64,000 bases of DNA from an uncultured Bacteroides sp. (GTDB taxonomy: Bacteria; Bacteroidota; Bacteroidia; Bacteroidales; SM23-62): NCBI GenBank assembly GCA_964431315.1, contig CAYSJH010000008.1:17561-81560 (forward strand), in the 5' to 3' direction. Positions 9,035-21,087 of this stretch are shown one piece after another. A program made the translations under genes and the position numbers. The notes beneath the pieces were generated by a model. The model was given only the letters and a program-made list of their open reading frames with translations. It was not told the DNA's origin and made no database searches. Numbering within the stretch: the stretch's first letter is position 1; each line of letters begins with the position of its first letter.

Positions 9035-12000
9035 TTGAAGAGCGATATCAAATATATCACTGTTCTCCTATTTATCTTCGGCCTTTTCCCGGGATCCCTG
9101 TCCCTGGCCAGGGGACAGGGCGACAGCATAAACCTGAGGTATCCCATCAGGGAAAATCCCGGCGCCGTTTCCCCGGACGAGGGACCTTCATCCCCGCTTT
9201 TCCTGAAGGACCCTTCCAACGTGGAATCAAGCATCGTCTATGATCCCGAAACTAATTCCTATGTGTTTTCGGAAAAGATAGGGCGCTTCAATTACCGGCC
9301 ATCCAGGGTCATGACCTTTGACGAGTACCGGAACTTCGATATGACCCAGGCCAAAAAGCGATACTGGAACCAGCGAAGGGCGGGTGATAACGTGGAAACG
9401 CAGTCCAGCTTCATCCCTGCAATCAACATCGGCGGAGAGGCATTCGACAGGGTCTTCGGGACCAATACCATCAACATCATACCGCAGGGATATGCCGAAC
9501 TGATCTTTGGATTTAACATGTCCAGGATCGACAATCCCACCCTCACGGAAAAACTCCGGAAAACGCCTTCATTCACATTCGAGGAGAAGATCCAGATGAA
9601 TGTGACCGGCACCATCGGCGACAAGATGAAACTGGGATTCAATTACAACACGGAAGCGACCTTCGAATTCGAGAACAAGACCAAGCTGGAATACACGGGC
9701 AAGGAGGATGAGATCATCAAGAAGATCGAGGCGGGCGATGTCACCCTTCCCCTGTCCGGTTCCCTCATCCAGGGAAGCCAGAGCCTGTTCGGGCTGAAAA
9801 CCGAAATGCAGTTCGGCAAACTGACCGTAACCTCGGTCTTTTCGCAGCAGAAGGGGGAGACTTCCGTCATCGATGTCCAGGGCGGGGCCCAGGTCAGCGA
9901 TTACGAGATCAATGTCGATGAGTACGATGCAAACAGGCATTTCTTCCTCTCGCATTATTTTAAGGATAATTACGATCGTGCCCTGGCCAACCTGCCGATA
10001 ATCAACACCGGCATCAACATCACCAAGATCGAGGTGTGGGTGACCAATAAAACCAGCAATTTCGAAGATTCAAGGAACATTCTTGGTTTGATGGACCTTG
10101 CCGAATCGCCGGCAAACATCTACGGGACCGATTACTGGAAACCGGTTCCCGGGGAAATGGGCGACCACCCCCGTAATAGCCTGAACACCCAGTACAGTCA
10201 AATGACCGGCACCTATGCAGCGGTCCGTGACATCAACCAGATCACATCGGCCCTGGCACCGCTTCTGCCCGGGTTTGCAGCGGGACAGGATTACGAGAAG
10301 ATTGAAAATGCCCGGAAACTGTCGGACAGGGAATTCACCCTGAATTCCAAGCTGGGGTTCATCTCACTGAATTCCGCGCTGAACTCCGACGAGGTCCTGG
10401 CCGTTGCCTTTGAGTACACGCTCAACGGTAAAACCTTCAAGGTCGGGGAACTTTCTTCCGATGGCATCTCGGCCCCCAGCACCCTTCTGCTGAAACTGCT
10501 GAAGGGGACAAACCTGACTCCCCAGCTGCCGACATGGGACCTGATGATGAAGAACATCTATTCCATCGGTGCCTTCCAGGTGAATCCCGATGAATTCATC
10601 CTGGAGGTCCTGTATAACGACGATAAGACGGGGACAACCATCAACTACCTTCCCGAAGGGGAGATCAAGAACCAGATCCTGATCCGGGTTCTGAACCTCG
10701 ACAACCTGAACGACCAGCTCGACCCGGTCCCCGACGGCCGCTTCGACTTCATTACCGGCGTCACGATCAATCCCACGAACGGGCGGGTGATCTTCCCGGT
10801 CAGCGAACCCTTCGGTTCCTACCTTGAAAAAAAGATAAACGACCCGGCTGTGGCCAGCAAATATGTCTTCAAGGAACTCTATGATTCCACCAAGACGGTT
10901 GCATCACAGATCGCGGAAAAGAACAAGTTCATCATCAAGGGAACCTACAAGTCCTCCTCCAGCTCCGAGATCATGCTCAATGCCATGAACGTTCCCCGCG
11001 GATCCGTCGTGGTCACGGCAGGGGGCAGGCAGCTGACCGAGAACGTGGATTATACGGTGGACTATGCCGCGGGACGGGTGACCATCATTAACCAGGGACT
11101 CCTGGAGTCCGGAACCCCGGTCAGGATATCCCTCGAGAGCCAGTCCCTCTTCGCCATCCAGACCAAAACCCTTGTCGGTACGCACCTGGATTACCGCCTT
11201 TCAGATGATTTCCGGCTCGGGGGAACGATCATGAACCTGACCGAAAGGCCCCTGACCCAGAAGGTGAACATCGGGGACGAACCGATTTCCAATACCATCT
11301 GGGGAATAGACGGGTCGTACCGGACGGAATCGCAGTTCCTGACCACCCTGGTGGATGCCATCCCGCTGATCTCCACGCGGGAACCCTCGAACATCACCCT
11401 CACCGGTGAGTTTGCACACCTCATCCCCGGCCATTCCAGGGCCATCAGCAAACAGGGAATTGCTTACATCGATGATTTCGAGGGAAGCCAGACCTCCATA
11501 GACATGAAGAACTTTGCAGCCTGGGTATATTCCAGCACCCCGGCAGGAAGGTTCCCGGAAGGAACGCTGGTAAACAACAGGCTTTACGGTTACAACCGGG
11601 CAAAATTCGCTTTCTACGTGATCGACCCCCTGTTCCTCAGGAACAATTCACTCACCCCTCCCCACATCAAGAACGATCCGAACTCACAGTCCAGCCATTT
11701 CGTGGAAGAGGTCTTCGAAACGGACATCTTCCCGAACAAGGAAAATCCGAGCGGTGTGCCCACCAACATTTCCGTGCTGAACGTGGCTTACTACCCGCAG
11801 GAAAGGGGACTGTATAACTATTCCCCGGACGTGGATGCCAGCGGGAACCTGCTCAACCCCAGGCAGCGCTGGGGCGGAATCATGCGCGAGATCCTGACCA
11901 ACGACTTCGAGACTTCCAACGTGGAATTCATCGAATTCTGGCTGATGGATCCCTTCGTCGAGGACCCGGAGCATTCGGGAGGGGACCTGTTTTTCAACCT

Positions 12001-15000
12001 GGGGGACATTTCCGAGGATGTTCTGAAGGACTCGCGCAAAGCCTTCGAGAACGGGCTGCCGCCCAGTGAGCAGGTCACCCTGGTCGATACCTCCGTCTGG
12101 GGAAGGGTCCCCCTTGTGCAATCCCTCGTGAACGCCTTCAACAATGATCCGGCATCCCGCGTGTTCCAGGATGTGGGTCTCGACGGACTGAACGATGTCG
12201 AGGAAAGGGATTTCTTCCATGATTTCCTGGACACCGTCGGCAACCGCTTCGGAACCAATTCACCGGCTTACCAGAAAGCATTCAGCGATCCCTCGCAGGA
12301 TAATTTCCACTATTTCAGGGGAAGCGATTTTGACCAGGCGGAGGTCGGGATCCTGGACCGTTACCGGAACTACAACAACCACCAGGGGAACTCCCCCACC
12401 TCCGAACAGAGCACTGAAGCCTACCCGACCACCGGGTCGACCCTCCCGGATGTGGAGGACATCAACAGGGACAATACCCTGAACGAAAAGGAAACCTATT
12501 ACGAATATCACGTCAGGATCACCCCGGGAAGCCTGAGGGTGGGACAGAACTTCATCACGGACAAGGTGACCAAGAACTCCGATTTCCCGAACGGTTCTAA
12601 ATCTTCGGTGGACTGGTACCAGTTCCGGATCCCCATCAAGGCATGGGAGCAGAAAGTCGGTCCCATTCAGGATTTCAAATCGATCCGGTTCATGCGCATG
12701 TACCTCACCGGGTTCGACAAACCGGTCGTCCTCCGGTTCGCCAAGCTCGACCTGGTCAGGGGTGAATGGAGGCGCTACCAGTACCCGATCACCCAGGGAG
12801 GCGAAGACCTTTCAAGTCCCGAACCCACGGAAGGCATACTGGACGTATCAGCCGTCAACATCGAGGAAAATGCCGGCAAGACCCCGGTCAACTATGTCCT
12901 CCCCCCGGGCATTGACCGGGTCATCGATCCGACCAATCCCCAGCTCCGGCAGCTGAACGAACAGTCCCTCCTGATGAAAGTGCAGGACCTGGACGACGGC
13001 GATGCGCGGGCGGTCTACAAGAACATTTCCCTCGACATCAGGCAGTACCGCAAGCTTCAGATGGAAGTGCATGCCGAAGCCATCAAGGAATGCGGCATTC
13101 TCAACGATGAGGACCTGGTCGCCTTCATCCGGGTGGGATCGGATTACAAGGACAACTACTACGAATACGAGGTAGCCCTGAACGTCACTCCCCCGGGACG
13201 CTACAACAACGACCTCTATGAAGACCGTCTGGCCGTCTGGCCGGCAGAGAACCGTTTCGAGATCCCCCTGACGGTATTCCAGGACGTCAAGCAGGCCAGG
13301 AACGACCAGATGCGGGTCATCGGGTCGACGGTGAATTACAATACTGTTTTCAGCATTATCGACGGGAAGGGGAACAAGGTAAGCGTGAAGGGGAATCCGA
13401 ACCTCAGCAACGTGCGGACGGTCATGCTGGGGATCCGGAACCCGAAGGCGGGGGACAATCCGCTCCAGGACGACGGGATGCCGAAATGCGGGGAGATCTG
13501 GCTTAACGAGCTGCGGCTCACGGATTTCAACCAGGACGGCGGCTGGGCCGCTAACGCCCGCATCACGGCCAAGCTCGCTGATCTCGGAACGGTTACCGTG
13601 GCCGGAAATACCAGTACCCCGGGGTTCGGCAGCATCGAAAAAAAGGTGAACGAACGGTCCAAGGAACAGGTGATCGGGTACGACATCTCCTCCAACCTGG
13701 AACTCGGGAAATTCTTCCCCGAAAAATCCGGGGTGAGCATTCCCATGTTCATCGGTTTTTCTGAATCGCGGATCAATCCCCAGTACAACCCGCTGGACCC
13801 GGACATCCCCCTTGAATCCGCCCTCCGAAATGCCGAGAGCAAGCAGGACAGGGATTCCATCAGGCACATCGCACAGGATTACACCCGGCGTAAAAGCATC
13901 AATTTAACCAATGTAAGGAAACAGAAGCTGCAGGGCACCCCGAGGTTTTACGACCTGGCGAATTTTTCCGTTTCCTATGCTTTCAGTGAGATCTTTAAGC
14001 GGGACATAAATACCGAATACGATGTTCAGAAACGCCAGCGGGGGGCATTCAGCTATAATTTCAATACCCGCCCCAACAATGTGCAGCCTTTTGCCAAGGC
14101 CAACGTGTTTACTTCGCCATCCATGAGGCTGCTGAAGGATTTCAATTTCTATTTTTACCCCTCGAGGTTCTCCTTCCGCACCGACCTGAACCGGAACTAC
14201 GGCGAACGAAAGATCCGGAACCTTACCAATCCCTACCTCCAGATCGATACCATCGTGACGAAGAATTTCCTTTGGAACCGCTACTACGATGTGAAATTTG
14301 ACCTGACCCGCGCCCTCAAGCTGGATTTCAGCGCCACCAACACCTCGAGGGTAGACGAACCTTACGGGGTGTACAACAAGGACAGGAACGATTACGAGCA
14401 GAAACGGGATTCACTCTGGCGAGAGATCCTGACCTTCGGGCGAAATGTCCGTTACACCCATAACATCAATGCCTCCTACACCGTGCCCATCAACAAGATC
14501 CCCCTGCTGAACTGGGTCAACCTGAACACCAGGTACGGGGCTTCCTACGGCTGGGATGTGGGTCCCATAACAGCCGACACCCTGAACCTGGGGAACGTGA
14601 TCAGGAATTCCAGTAATTTCCAGCTGAACGGCCAGCTCACCCTGACCAACCTGTACGACAAGGTTGGCTATCTCAAGGAAGTGAACAATAAATTCCGGAA
14701 CGGGTTCAGGCAGCCTTCGGGAGAGACCAGGACCAAGGAAAAGACCTATACCCAGGAAGGGATCACGCTTCGGGCCGGAAGGGCGCGCTCGGTCAACCAT
14801 AAGCTTAATACCGAAAAGGTGAGTGCCACCTTCTATGATGAAAGCGGGCATGAAATCGAGGGGGAACTGGAGATCGTAAGCGGAAACCGCATCACCTTTA
14901 CAGCTGAGGAGGACTACCGGAACGTTCGGGTTGAGGTAGTCGGAACGATCGAAATGGGGGAGAATCCCCTTGTCATCATTGCCGACTATAGCACTCGCCT

Positions 15001-16402
15001 GCTCATGAGCTTCCGGAACATCTCGGTCTCCTACAACCAGAGCAACGGTTCGATGTTGCCCGGGTACAAACCGAAAACGGAGCTCATGGGCCTTCAGAAT
15101 TACGAGGGCACGCTGGCCCCCGGGTGGCCCTTTATCCTGGGCTGGCAGGATAAGAACTTCCCGGAGAAGGCAATTAACAACAACTGGTTGTCAAGGGATC
15201 CCTACATCAATTCCCCCTACACCATGAGCCAGACCAACAGCTTCAACATCCGGAGCACGGTTGAGCCTCTCCCGGGACTGCGGATCGACCTGACGGCAAA
15301 CCGCAACTATACCGAGAATATGAACGAATACTACATTGCCGACTTCAACGGGAACTTCAATGACAGCACCCGGAGCCGTCAGATGACAGGCAATTTCTCC
15401 ATGTCCACGGTCACCATCGGTACGGCTTTCGAAAAGGTTTACAGCAATGATAATTTTGCCTCCGAGACCTTCGAGAAGTTCAGAGACGAATACAGAAGCC
15501 AGATCTCTTTTCGCCTTGCCAATGAGCGGGCAAATTCCATAGACGGTTACCAGCCTGATAGGATTGATTCGGTTCCGGGGTATTATAACGGATACGGTCC
15601 GGGATCGCAGGCAGTCCTGATACCGGCCTTCCTGGCGGCTTATGGAAAGAGGGATGTTGGGAGGATCAGTCTCAGTGCCATACCCGGACTCCTTGAAATG
15701 AGGCCGAACTGGAGGATAACTTTCGACGGCCTTTCCAAGATCGAATGGATCCGGAAATATTTCACCTCCATCAACCTGAACCATTCCTACCGGTCTTCCT
15801 ATAACGTCGGAAGTTTTGTCACAAACCCCTTCTATGAGGTCAACGAGGACGGTTTTGTGAAAGATGATAAACGTGACTTTAATGGGAATTTCCTGAACGA
15901 AAAGGACATCGCCTCGGTCTCGATCAGCGAACAGTTCAGTCCCCTTATCAGCATCGACATGAACTGGATCAACAGCCTGACCACAAGGCTGGAACTGAAG
16001 AAATCCCGCTCCCTTGCCCTTAGCCTTGCCAACAACCAGCTGACCGAGATCTCAAGCAACGAAGTGGTGGTGGGCGCCGGGTACCGCTTTTCCGAGCTGC
16101 CCCTGATCTTTAACCTTCCAGGCGGGAACCAGACCTCCATGACGAGCGACCTGAATGTCCGGGCGGATTTTTCGATCCGCGACAACCGGACCATCATCCG
16201 GAAGCTCGAGGAAGATGTGGACCAGATCACGGCCGGCCAGCGGATTCTTAAGATCAACCTGAATCTTGATTATGTGCTGAGCGACCGTTTCAACCTTCGC
16301 CTGTTTTTCGACCGGATCGTGAACAAACCCTTCGTATCGCTTTCCTATCCCACTGCAAACACCAACATCGGGTTCAGCATTCGTTTCACCCTTGCCCAGT
16401 AA
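9035..16402 (+). CDS. sprA: Type IX secretion system translocon / gliding-motility cell surface protein SprA
   Basis: Single 2455-aa ORF with a signal peptide. It is rich in beta-strand-type sequence throughout and ends in an aromatic-rich barrel terminus. Size and sequence are characteristic of Bacteroidota SprA. TTG start 26 nt after the ruvA stop. Confidence 0.88.
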   Translation: MKSDIKYITVLLFIFGLFPGSLSLARGQGDSINLRYPIRENPGAVSPDEGPSSPLFLKDPSNVESSIVYDPETNSYVFSEKIGRFNYRPSRVMTFDEYRNFDMTQAKKRYWNQRRAGDNVETQSSFIPAINIGGEAFDRVFGTNTINIIPQGYAELIFGFNMSRIDNPTLTEKLRKTPSFTFEEKIQMNVTGTIGDKMKLGFNYNTEATFEFENKTKLEYTGKEDEIIKKIEAGDVTLPLSGSLIQGSQSLFGLKTEMQFGKLTVTSVFSQQKGETSVIDVQGGAQVSDYEINVDEYDANRHFFLSHYFKDNYDRALANLPIINTGINITKIEVWVTNKTSNFEDSRNILGLMDLAESPANIYGTDYWKPVPGEMGDHPRNSLNTQYSQMTGTYAAVRDINQITSALAPLLPGFAAGQDYEKIENARKLSDREFTLNSKLGFISLNSALNSDEVLAVAFEYTLNGKTFKVGELSSDGISAPSTLLLKLLKGTNLTPQLPTWDLMMKNIYSIGAFQVNPDEFILEVLYNDDKTGTTINYLPEGEIKNQILIRVLNLDNLNDQLDPVPDGRFDFITGVTINPTNGRVIFPVSEPFGSYLEKKINDPAVASKYVFKELYDSTKTVASQIAEKNKFIIKGTYKSSSSSEIMLNAMNVPRGSVVVTAGGRQLTENVDYTVDYAAGRVTIINQGLLESGTPVRISLESQSLFAIQTKTLVGTHLDYRLSDDFRLGGTIMNLTERPLTQKVNIGDEPISNTIWGIDGSYRTESQFLTTLVDAIPLISTREPSNITLTGEFAHLIPGHSRAISKQGIAYIDDFEGSQTSIDMKNFAAWVYSSTPAGRFPEGTLVNNRLYGYNRAKFAFYVIDPLFLRNNSLTPPHIKNDPNSQSSHFVEEVFETDIFPNKENPSGVPTNISVLNVAYYPQERGLYNYSPDVDASGNLLNPRQRWGGIMREILTNDFETSNVEFIEFWLMDPFVEDPEHSGGDLFFNLGDISEDVLKDSRKAFENGLPPSEQVTLVDTSVWGRVPLVQSLVNAFNNDPASRVFQDVGLDGLNDVEERDFFHDFLDTVGNRFGTNSPAYQKAFSDPSQDNFHYFRGSDFDQAEVGILDRYRNYNNHQGNSPTSEQSTEAYPTTGSTLPDVEDINRDNTLNEKETYYEYHVRITPGSLRVGQNFITDKVTKNSDFPNGSKSSVDWYQFRIPIKAWEQKVGPIQDFKSIRFMRMYLTGFDKPVVLRFAKLDLVRGEWRRYQYPITQGGEDLSSPEPTEGILDVSAVNIEENAGKTPVNYVLPPGIDRVIDPTNPQLRQLNEQSLLMKVQDLDDGDARAVYKNISLDIRQYRKLQMEVHAEAIKECGILNDEDLVAFIRVGSDYKDNYYEYEVALNVTPPGRYNNDLYEDRLAVWPAENRFEIPLTVFQDVKQARNDQMRVIGSTVNYNTVFSIIDGKGNKVSVKGNPNLSNVRTVMLGIRNPKAGDNPLQDDGMPKCGEIWLNELRLTDFNQDGGWAANARITAKLADLGTVTVAGNTSTPGFGSIEKKVNERSKEQVIGYDISSNLELGKFFPEKSGVSIPMFIGFSESRINPQYNPLDPDIPLESALRNAESKQDRDSIRHIAQDYTRRKSINLTNVRKQKLQGTPRFYDLANFSVSYAFSEIFKRDINTEYDVQKRQRGAFSYNFNTRPNNVQPFAKANVFTSPSMRLLKDFNFYFYPSRFSFRTDLNRNYGERKIRNLTNPYLQIDTIVTKNFLWNRYYDVKFDLTRALKLDFSATNTSRVDEPYGVYNKDRNDYEQKRDSLWREILTFGRNVRYTHNINASYTVPINKIPLLNWVNLNTRYGASYGWDVGPITADTLNLGNVIRNSSNFQLNGQLTLTNLYDKVGYLKEVNNKFRNGFRQPSGETRTKEKTYTQEGITLRAGRARSVNHKLNTEKVSATFYDESGHEIEGELEIVSGNRITFTAEEDYRNVRVEVVGTIEMGENPLVIIADYSTRLLMSFRNISVSYNQSNGSMLPGYKPKTELMGLQNYEGTLAPGWPFILGWQDKNFPEKAINNNWLSRDPYINSPYTMSQTNSFNIRSTVEPLPGLRIDLTANRNYTENMNEYYIADFNGNFNDSTRSRQMTGNFSMSTVTIGTAFEKVYSNDNFASETFEKFRDEYRSQISFRLANERANSIDGYQPDRIDSVPGYYNGYGPGSQAVLIPAFLAAYGKRDVGRISLSAIPGLLEMRPNWRITFDGLSKIEWIRKYFTSINLNHSYRSSYNVGSFVTNPFYEVNEDGFVKDDKRDFNGNFLNEKDIASVSISEQFSPLISIDMNWINSLTTRLELKKSRSLALSLANNQLTEISSNEVVVGAGYRFSELPLIFNLPGGNQTSMTSDLNVRADFSIRDNRTIIRKLEEDVDQITAGQRILKINLNLDYVLSDRFNLRLFFDRIVNKPFVSLSYPTANTNIGFSIRFTLAQ

Positions 16403-16507
16403 TCCACAGTTGGAAGCCCCTGAAAATATCGAAATTTTACCCTGCAAAAATTCAGATTTGCAAAATAAAATTGCAATTTTGGATTTTACCCCAAAACAGA
16501 AAACACC

Positions 16508-16888
16508 ATGAAGGTACCCGAAAATTGCAGATACACTGAAAAACACGAATGGATCCGCGTGGAAGGCAATGAAGCTTTTATTGGCATTACCGATTATGCC
16601 CAGGGAGAACTGGGCGATATCGTTTACGTCGAGGTGGAAACCTTGGGGGAAAAGCTTGCCAGGGGTGAGGTGTACGGGACCATTGAAGCCGTCAAAACGG
16701 TTTCGGACCTGTTTATGCCCGTCTCCGGAGAGGTCCTGGAATTCAATGCCCGGCTCGAGGATGAGGCGGAACTGGTCAACAGCGATCCATACGGAGAGGG
16801 CTGGATGATCCGGATCAGCATCGATAATGCCTCCGAACTTGATTCATTGCTGGGACCACAGCAATACAGCGAACTGATCTCTGCCTGA
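16508..16888 (+). CDS. gcvH: Glycine cleavage system H protein
   Basis: 126 aa with the lipoyl-lysine motif EAVKTVSDLFMPVSGEV and the N-terminal YTEKHEW block. Confidence 0.95.
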   Translation: MKVPENCRYTEKHEWIRVEGNEAFIGITDYAQGELGDIVYVEVETLGEKLARGEVYGTIEAVKTVSDLFMPVSGEVLEFNARLEDEAELVNSDPYGEGWMIRISIDNASELDSLLGPQQYSELISA

Positions 16889-16915
16889 ACGAGGGCGACT
16901 GCATCATAATCCTTT

Positions 16916-16940
16916 ACCCGGTCCGAAGCCGGGTTTTTTT
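16916..16940 (+). terminator. Intrinsic terminator after gcvH
   Basis: ACCCGG (16916-16921) pairs with CCGGGT (16929-16934) around a 7-nt loop, running into T7 (16934-16940). Confidence 0.65.
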
Positions 16941-16959
16941 ACACCCCCTGGCCAACCTG

Positions 16960-16983
16960 AAAAATGAGTCCCGGTATTCCGGG
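16960..16983 (-). terminator. Weak terminator candidate after infB
   Basis: On the minus strand there is a 5-bp CCCGG/CCGGG hairpin with a 4-nt loop, then ACTCA and T5. It is weak. The gcvH hairpin may serve both directions instead. Confidence 0.3.
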
Positions 16984-16993
16984 GCGGGTTGTA

Positions 16994-19783
16994 TCAAAGT
17001 TTCTTCATGACTTCGACTTCCCTGTAGGACTCGATTATGTCACCGACCTTGATGTCGTTGAAATTGGCGATGTTCAGTCCGCATTCATAACCGGATACCA
17101 CTTCCTTGACGTCCTCCTTGAACCGCTTCAGGGATCCCAGCTCACCCGTGTAAACCACGATGCCGTCCCGGATTACACGTATCCTGGAGTTCCTCGTGAT
17201 CTTGCCTTCCTTAACCATGCAGCCTGCAACCGTTCCCACCCTGGTTATCTTAAAGACCTCACGGATCTCGACGGTGGCTGTGATCTCTTCCTTAATTTCT
17301 GGCGAAAGCATGCCTTCCATGGCTGCCTTGACCTCCTCTATGGCATCGTATATGACCGAATACAGGCGGATATCGATTTCCTCTTTCTCTGCCAGTTTCC
17401 GGGCAACCATGGATGGTCTTACCTGGAATCCGACAATGATGGCATTGGAGGCTGCGGCCAGCATAACATCGGTTTCCTTGATCTGGCCGACGGCCTTATG
17501 GATGATGTTTACCTGGATCTCCGGGGTGGAAAGCTTGATCAGTGAATCGCTCAGAGCTTCGATTGAACCGTCCACGTCTCCCTTAACGATGACATTAAGT
17601 TCCTGGAAGTTACCAATCGCGATCCGCCTTCCGATCTCATCCAGGGTGATGTGCTTCTTCGTGCGCTGATCCTGTTCGCGCTGGAGCTGTTCACGCTTGT
17701 TGGCAATTTCCTTGGCCTCCTTGTCGCTTTCCATGATATTGAAGCGGTCGCCCGCCTGCGGGGCGCCGTTCAGCCCGAGCACGAGGACCGGTGAAGAGGG
17801 ACCTGCAGAGTCGATCTTCTTGCCCCGTTCGTTGTACATGGCCTTGATATGCCCGAAATGGGTTCCCGCAAGCATGACATCGCCGATCTCAAGGGTCCCG
17901 TTTTCCACCAGCACCGTGGTGACGTAACCCCGGCCTTTATCGAGGGCCGATTCGATCACCGAACCGCTTGCAATCCTGTGCGGGTTTGCTTTCAGGTCGA
18001 GCAGTTCTGCTTCCAGAAGGACTTTTTCCAGCAATTCGTGGATGTTGATCCCGTTCTTGGCGGAAATGTCCTGTGACTGATACTTGCCTCCCCAGTCCTC
18101 GACCATGAGATTCATTTTGGCAAGTGCCTCCTTAATTTTTTCAGGATTTGCATTGGATTTGTCAATCTTATTGATGGCGAATACAATGGGAACCCCGGCG
18201 GCCTGGGCATGATTGATGGCCTCTACTGTCTGGGGCATCACACCGTCGTCCGCTGCAACCACAATGATGACCACATCCGTTGCCTGGGCACCACGCGCCC
18301 GCATGGCGGTAAAGGCTTCGTGACCCGGAGTATCCAGGAAGGTGATCTGCCGGCCGTCATCCAGGCTGACGCTGTAAGCCCCGATGTGCTGGGTTATTCC
18401 ACCCGCTTCTCCGGCCACGACGTTGGCGCTGCGGATATAGTCGAGCAGTTTTGTTTTCCCGTGATCCACATGTCCCATTACGGTCACAATGGGAGGCCTG
18501 GGCTCCAGTTCATCGGGCTCGTCGACCTCCTCTGCAATGGCCTCCTGAACTTCCACACTGATGAATTCGACCTTGTAATTGAATTCATCTGCAACAAGGG
18601 CCAGGGTTTCAGCATCCAGTCGCTGGTTTATGGAAACGAACAGCCCGAGTTCCATGCATTTGGCTATGATCTCGGTGGCCGTGACGTTCATCATTGAGGC
18701 GAGTTCCTGAGCGGTTACAAATTCGGTAACCTTGATCACGTTCCGGCCCTCTTCCTTCCTGATAGCCTCTTCCTGCAATTTCTGGGATGCGGCGTCCCTT
18801 TTTTCACGCCGGTATTTGGCAGCTTTCGATTTTCCCCTGTCGGTAAGGCGTGCCAGGGTTTCTTTGACCTGTTTCTGTACATCTTCTTCGTTGACCTCTG
18901 GCTTCAGGGGTTTCCTTCTCTTCTTAAGGCCCTGCTTTTTCTGGACTTTACCCCTTTCCACGCTGTCTCTGTTCGATTTTTCACCAAGGTCCACCCTCCT
19001 TTCGGTTTCCTTTCTAATCCGCTTCCGCTTTTTCCTGGATTCCTTGTCCGACTCCCTGCGGTCTTCAACCGGCAGAACAATTTTGCCAACCACAGAGGGA
19101 CCATTCAGCTTTTCAATCTTCGTACGAATGAAGTTTTCATCATCTTCTGCTGCTGCTCTCCCGGGGATTGGAGCAACTCTGGACTCCGGACGCTTCTCGC
19201 CTGATTCCTTAACCGTGCCGATTTTTGGTTCAGCAACTGCTCCCGCATCTTTTTTGGCCGGTTCCTTCAGGTCAGCTTTTGCAACAGTCCCGGTTTTGCT
19301 TTCCTTCTCTTTATCCCCTTTTTCTGCTTCCGCCTTCTTCCTTGCCTCATCCTTTTCTTTGGGCTGTTCGTCGACCTTCCTGGCCTTTCCCTTACCGCTG
19401 ATGGCATCCAGGTCAACCTTCCCGATAACCTTTATATCAACCTCTTCCTGTGCAAGGTCCAGCTTGCTGGGTGCAGTGGGATCCTTGATGAAAACCTCCT
19501 CCTCGTTATCCGGTTTGGCAGGCCTCTGCTGGTCAATATCATGAATTGAAATGGTGTCTTTCTTCTCCCGTAAATTCTTAAGGCTCAACCGGTCGGATTC
19601 TCTTTTAACACTGATGTCGGAACTGTATTCCTGGATCAGGATCTCATAGATCTCCTCGGTTACTTTGGTGTTAGGGTTTGGATCAACGGCATAACCTTTC
19701 TTCCTGAGGAATTCCACGATCGTGGAAATCCCGACATTAAACTCCCGTGCAATCTTGCTTAACCTTGTCCCCGTACCTGCCAT
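16994..19783 (-). CDS. infB: Translation initiation factor IF-2
   Basis: 929 aa. Lys/Glu-rich N-terminal region and GTPase motifs [24 protein letters not shown]. The C-terminal domains are typical of IF-2. Confidence 0.97.
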   Translation of the reverse strand: MAGTGTRLSKIAREFNVGISTIVEFLRKKGYAVDPNPNTKVTEEIYEILIQEYSSDISVKRESDRLSLKNLREKKDTISIHDIDQQRPAKPDNEEEVFIKDPTAPSKLDLAQEEVDIKVIGKVDLDAISGKGKARKVDEQPKEKDEARKKAEAEKGDKEKESKTGTVAKADLKEPAKKDAGAVAEPKIGTVKESGEKRPESRVAPIPGRAAAEDDENFIRTKIEKLNGPSVVGKIVLPVEDRRESDKESRKKRKRIRKETERRVDLGEKSNRDSVERGKVQKKQGLKKRRKPLKPEVNEEDVQKQVKETLARLTDRGKSKAAKYRREKRDAASQKLQEEAIRKEEGRNVIKVTEFVTAQELASMMNVTATEIIAKCMELGLFVSINQRLDAETLALVADEFNYKVEFISVEVQEAIAEEVDEPDELEPRPPIVTVMGHVDHGKTKLLDYIRSANVVAGEAGGITQHIGAYSVSLDDGRQITFLDTPGHEAFTAMRARGAQATDVVIIVVAADDGVMPQTVEAINHAQAAGVPIVFAINKIDKSNANPEKIKEALAKMNLMVEDWGGKYQSQDISAKNGINIHELLEKVLLEAELLDLKANPHRIASGSVIESALDKGRGYVTTVLVENGTLEIGDVMLAGTHFGHIKAMYNERGKKIDSAGPSSPVLVLGLNGAPQAGDRFNIMESDKEAKEIANKREQLQREQDQRTKKHITLDEIGRRIAIGNFQELNVIVKGDVDGSIEALSDSLIKLSTPEIQVNIIHKAVGQIKETDVMLAAASNAIIVGFQVRPSMVARKLAEKEEIDIRLYSVIYDAIEEVKAAMEGMLSPEIKEEITATVEIREVFKITRVGTVAGCMVKEGKITRNSRIRVIRDGIVVYTGELGSLKRFKEDVKEVVSGYECGLNIANFNDIKVGDIIESYREVEVMKKL

Positions 19784-19824
19784 AAGCTCTAAATAATCTG
19801 CTAATATAGTATTTATAAGGTAAA

Positions 19825-21063
19825 TTATTCAAATTCCGCGTTCAGTACCTTAATCACTTCCTGTATGGTTTCTTCCTCAAGATCAGTCCTTTTTACCAGG
19901 TCTTCTATGCTGAGATCGAGCACACTTTTCGCCGTATCACAGCCAATCGATTTGAGTTCATCAATGATCCATCCTTCAATCTCATCGGCGAATTCTTCCA
20001 GGTTCACGTCTTCTTCATCTTCCTCGACACCTTCCCTGTAAACATCTATTTCATAACCGGTTAGCTGGCTTGCCAGGCGGATATTCAATCCTCCTTTCCC
20101 GATGGCCAGGGATACTTCGGTGGGCTGAAGGTATACCTCAGCCTCCTTGGCCTGCTCATTTAGTTTGATCGAGCTGATCTTCGCGGGACTCAGAGCCCGC
20201 TGGATGAACAGCTGCACATTGTTGGTAAAATTGATCACATCAATGTTTTCGTTCTTCAGTTCCCTTACGATCCCGTGGATCCTGGAACCCTTCATCCCCA
20301 CACAGGCACCGACCGGGTCGATCCTTTCATCATACGATTCAACGGCAACCTTGGCCCTCTCACCGGGAACCCGGACAATTTTCTTTATGGTGATCAGACC
20401 GTCAAAGATTTCGGGCACTTCGAGCTCGAACAGGCGCTCCAGAAATACCGGGGATGTCCTGGAGAGGACGATCAGGGGATTGTTGTTTTTCATCTCCACT
20501 TTGATGACCACCGCACGTATGGTGTCACCCTTACGAAAATAATCGCTGGGTATCTGTTCCGACTTGGGAAGGATCAGCTCGTTGCCTTCATCGTCAAGTA
20601 CCAGGATCTCCCTCTTCCAGACCTGGTAAACCTCTCCCGTTACAATCTCCCCGATGCGGTCCTTGTATTTTGCATAGAGGTTGTTCTTTTCCAGGTCAAG
20701 GATCCTGGAGGTGAGGTTCTGCCTGAGCGAAAGGATGGCCCTTCTTCCAAAGTCCGCGAGCTTAACCTCATCGGTCACTTCCTCCCCGACCTCGTAATCC
20801 GCATCGATCTTCTTTGCTTCGGACAGCACGATCTGAAGATTCGGATCTTCAAGGTCAGTATCTTCAACCACCTCCCTGTTTCTCCATATTTCGAAATCAC
20901 CCTTGTCTATATTGATGATGATGTCAAAATTCTCATCCGAGCCGAAGTTTTTCACCATCAGTCCCCTGAAAACATCCTCAAGCACGGTCATCATGGTAGC
21001 CCTGTCAATGTTCTTAAGTTCCTTGAACTCCGAAAAAGTGTCAATCAAATTAAGCGATTCCAT
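19825..21063 (-). CDS. nusA: Transcription termination/antitermination factor NusA
   Basis: 412 aa. S1 domain, tandem KH domains ([15 protein letters not shown]; [12 protein letters not shown]) and an acidic C-terminus. Confidence 0.95.
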   Translation of the reverse strand: MESLNLIDTFSEFKELKNIDRATMMTVLEDVFRGLMVKNFGSDENFDIIINIDKGDFEIWRNREVVEDTDLEDPNLQIVLSEAKKIDADYEVGEEVTDEVKLADFGRRAILSLRQNLTSRILDLEKNNLYAKYKDRIGEIVTGEVYQVWKREILVLDDEGNELILPKSEQIPSDYFRKGDTIRAVVIKVEMKNNNPLIVLSRTSPVFLERLFELEVPEIFDGLITIKKIVRVPGERAKVAVESYDERIDPVGACVGMKGSRIHGIVRELKNENIDVINFTNNVQLFIQRALSPAKISSIKLNEQAKEAEVYLQPTEVSLAIGKGGLNIRLASQLTGYEIDVYREGVEEDEEDVNLEEFADEIEGWIIDELKSIGCDTAKSVLDLSIEDLVKRTDLEEETIQEVIKVLNAEFE

Positions 21064-21087
21064 TTTCCAGCATTATTAATTTATTCC

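Noticed and set aside
12848-13867. 339-aa and other 80-200-aa ORFs on the minus strand within 9035-16402
   Set aside because: All are antisense or out-of-frame shadows of the single uninterrupted 2455-aa sprA ORF. Their sequences are low in complexity.
16403-16507. Looked for a glycine riboswitch upstream of gcvH; also checked for TPP or other riboswitches near thiL, yjbQ and sufB
   Set aside because: The leader is only 105 nt and lacks the conserved glycine-aptamer core as I recall it (no GGAGAG...ACCGAAGGGGCAA-type blocks). It contains only short repeats (ATTTTACCC x2, TTGCAA x2). No aptamer-like conservation was seen at the other sites.
18732-19544. 270-aa plus-strand ORF rich in S/F/L/R, plus ORFs 16964..17545, 17160..17669 and 18209..18697
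   Set aside because: They are antisense to infB, specifically its Lys/Glu-rich N-terminal region and its GTPase domain. Their composition mirrors the complement of infB codons.
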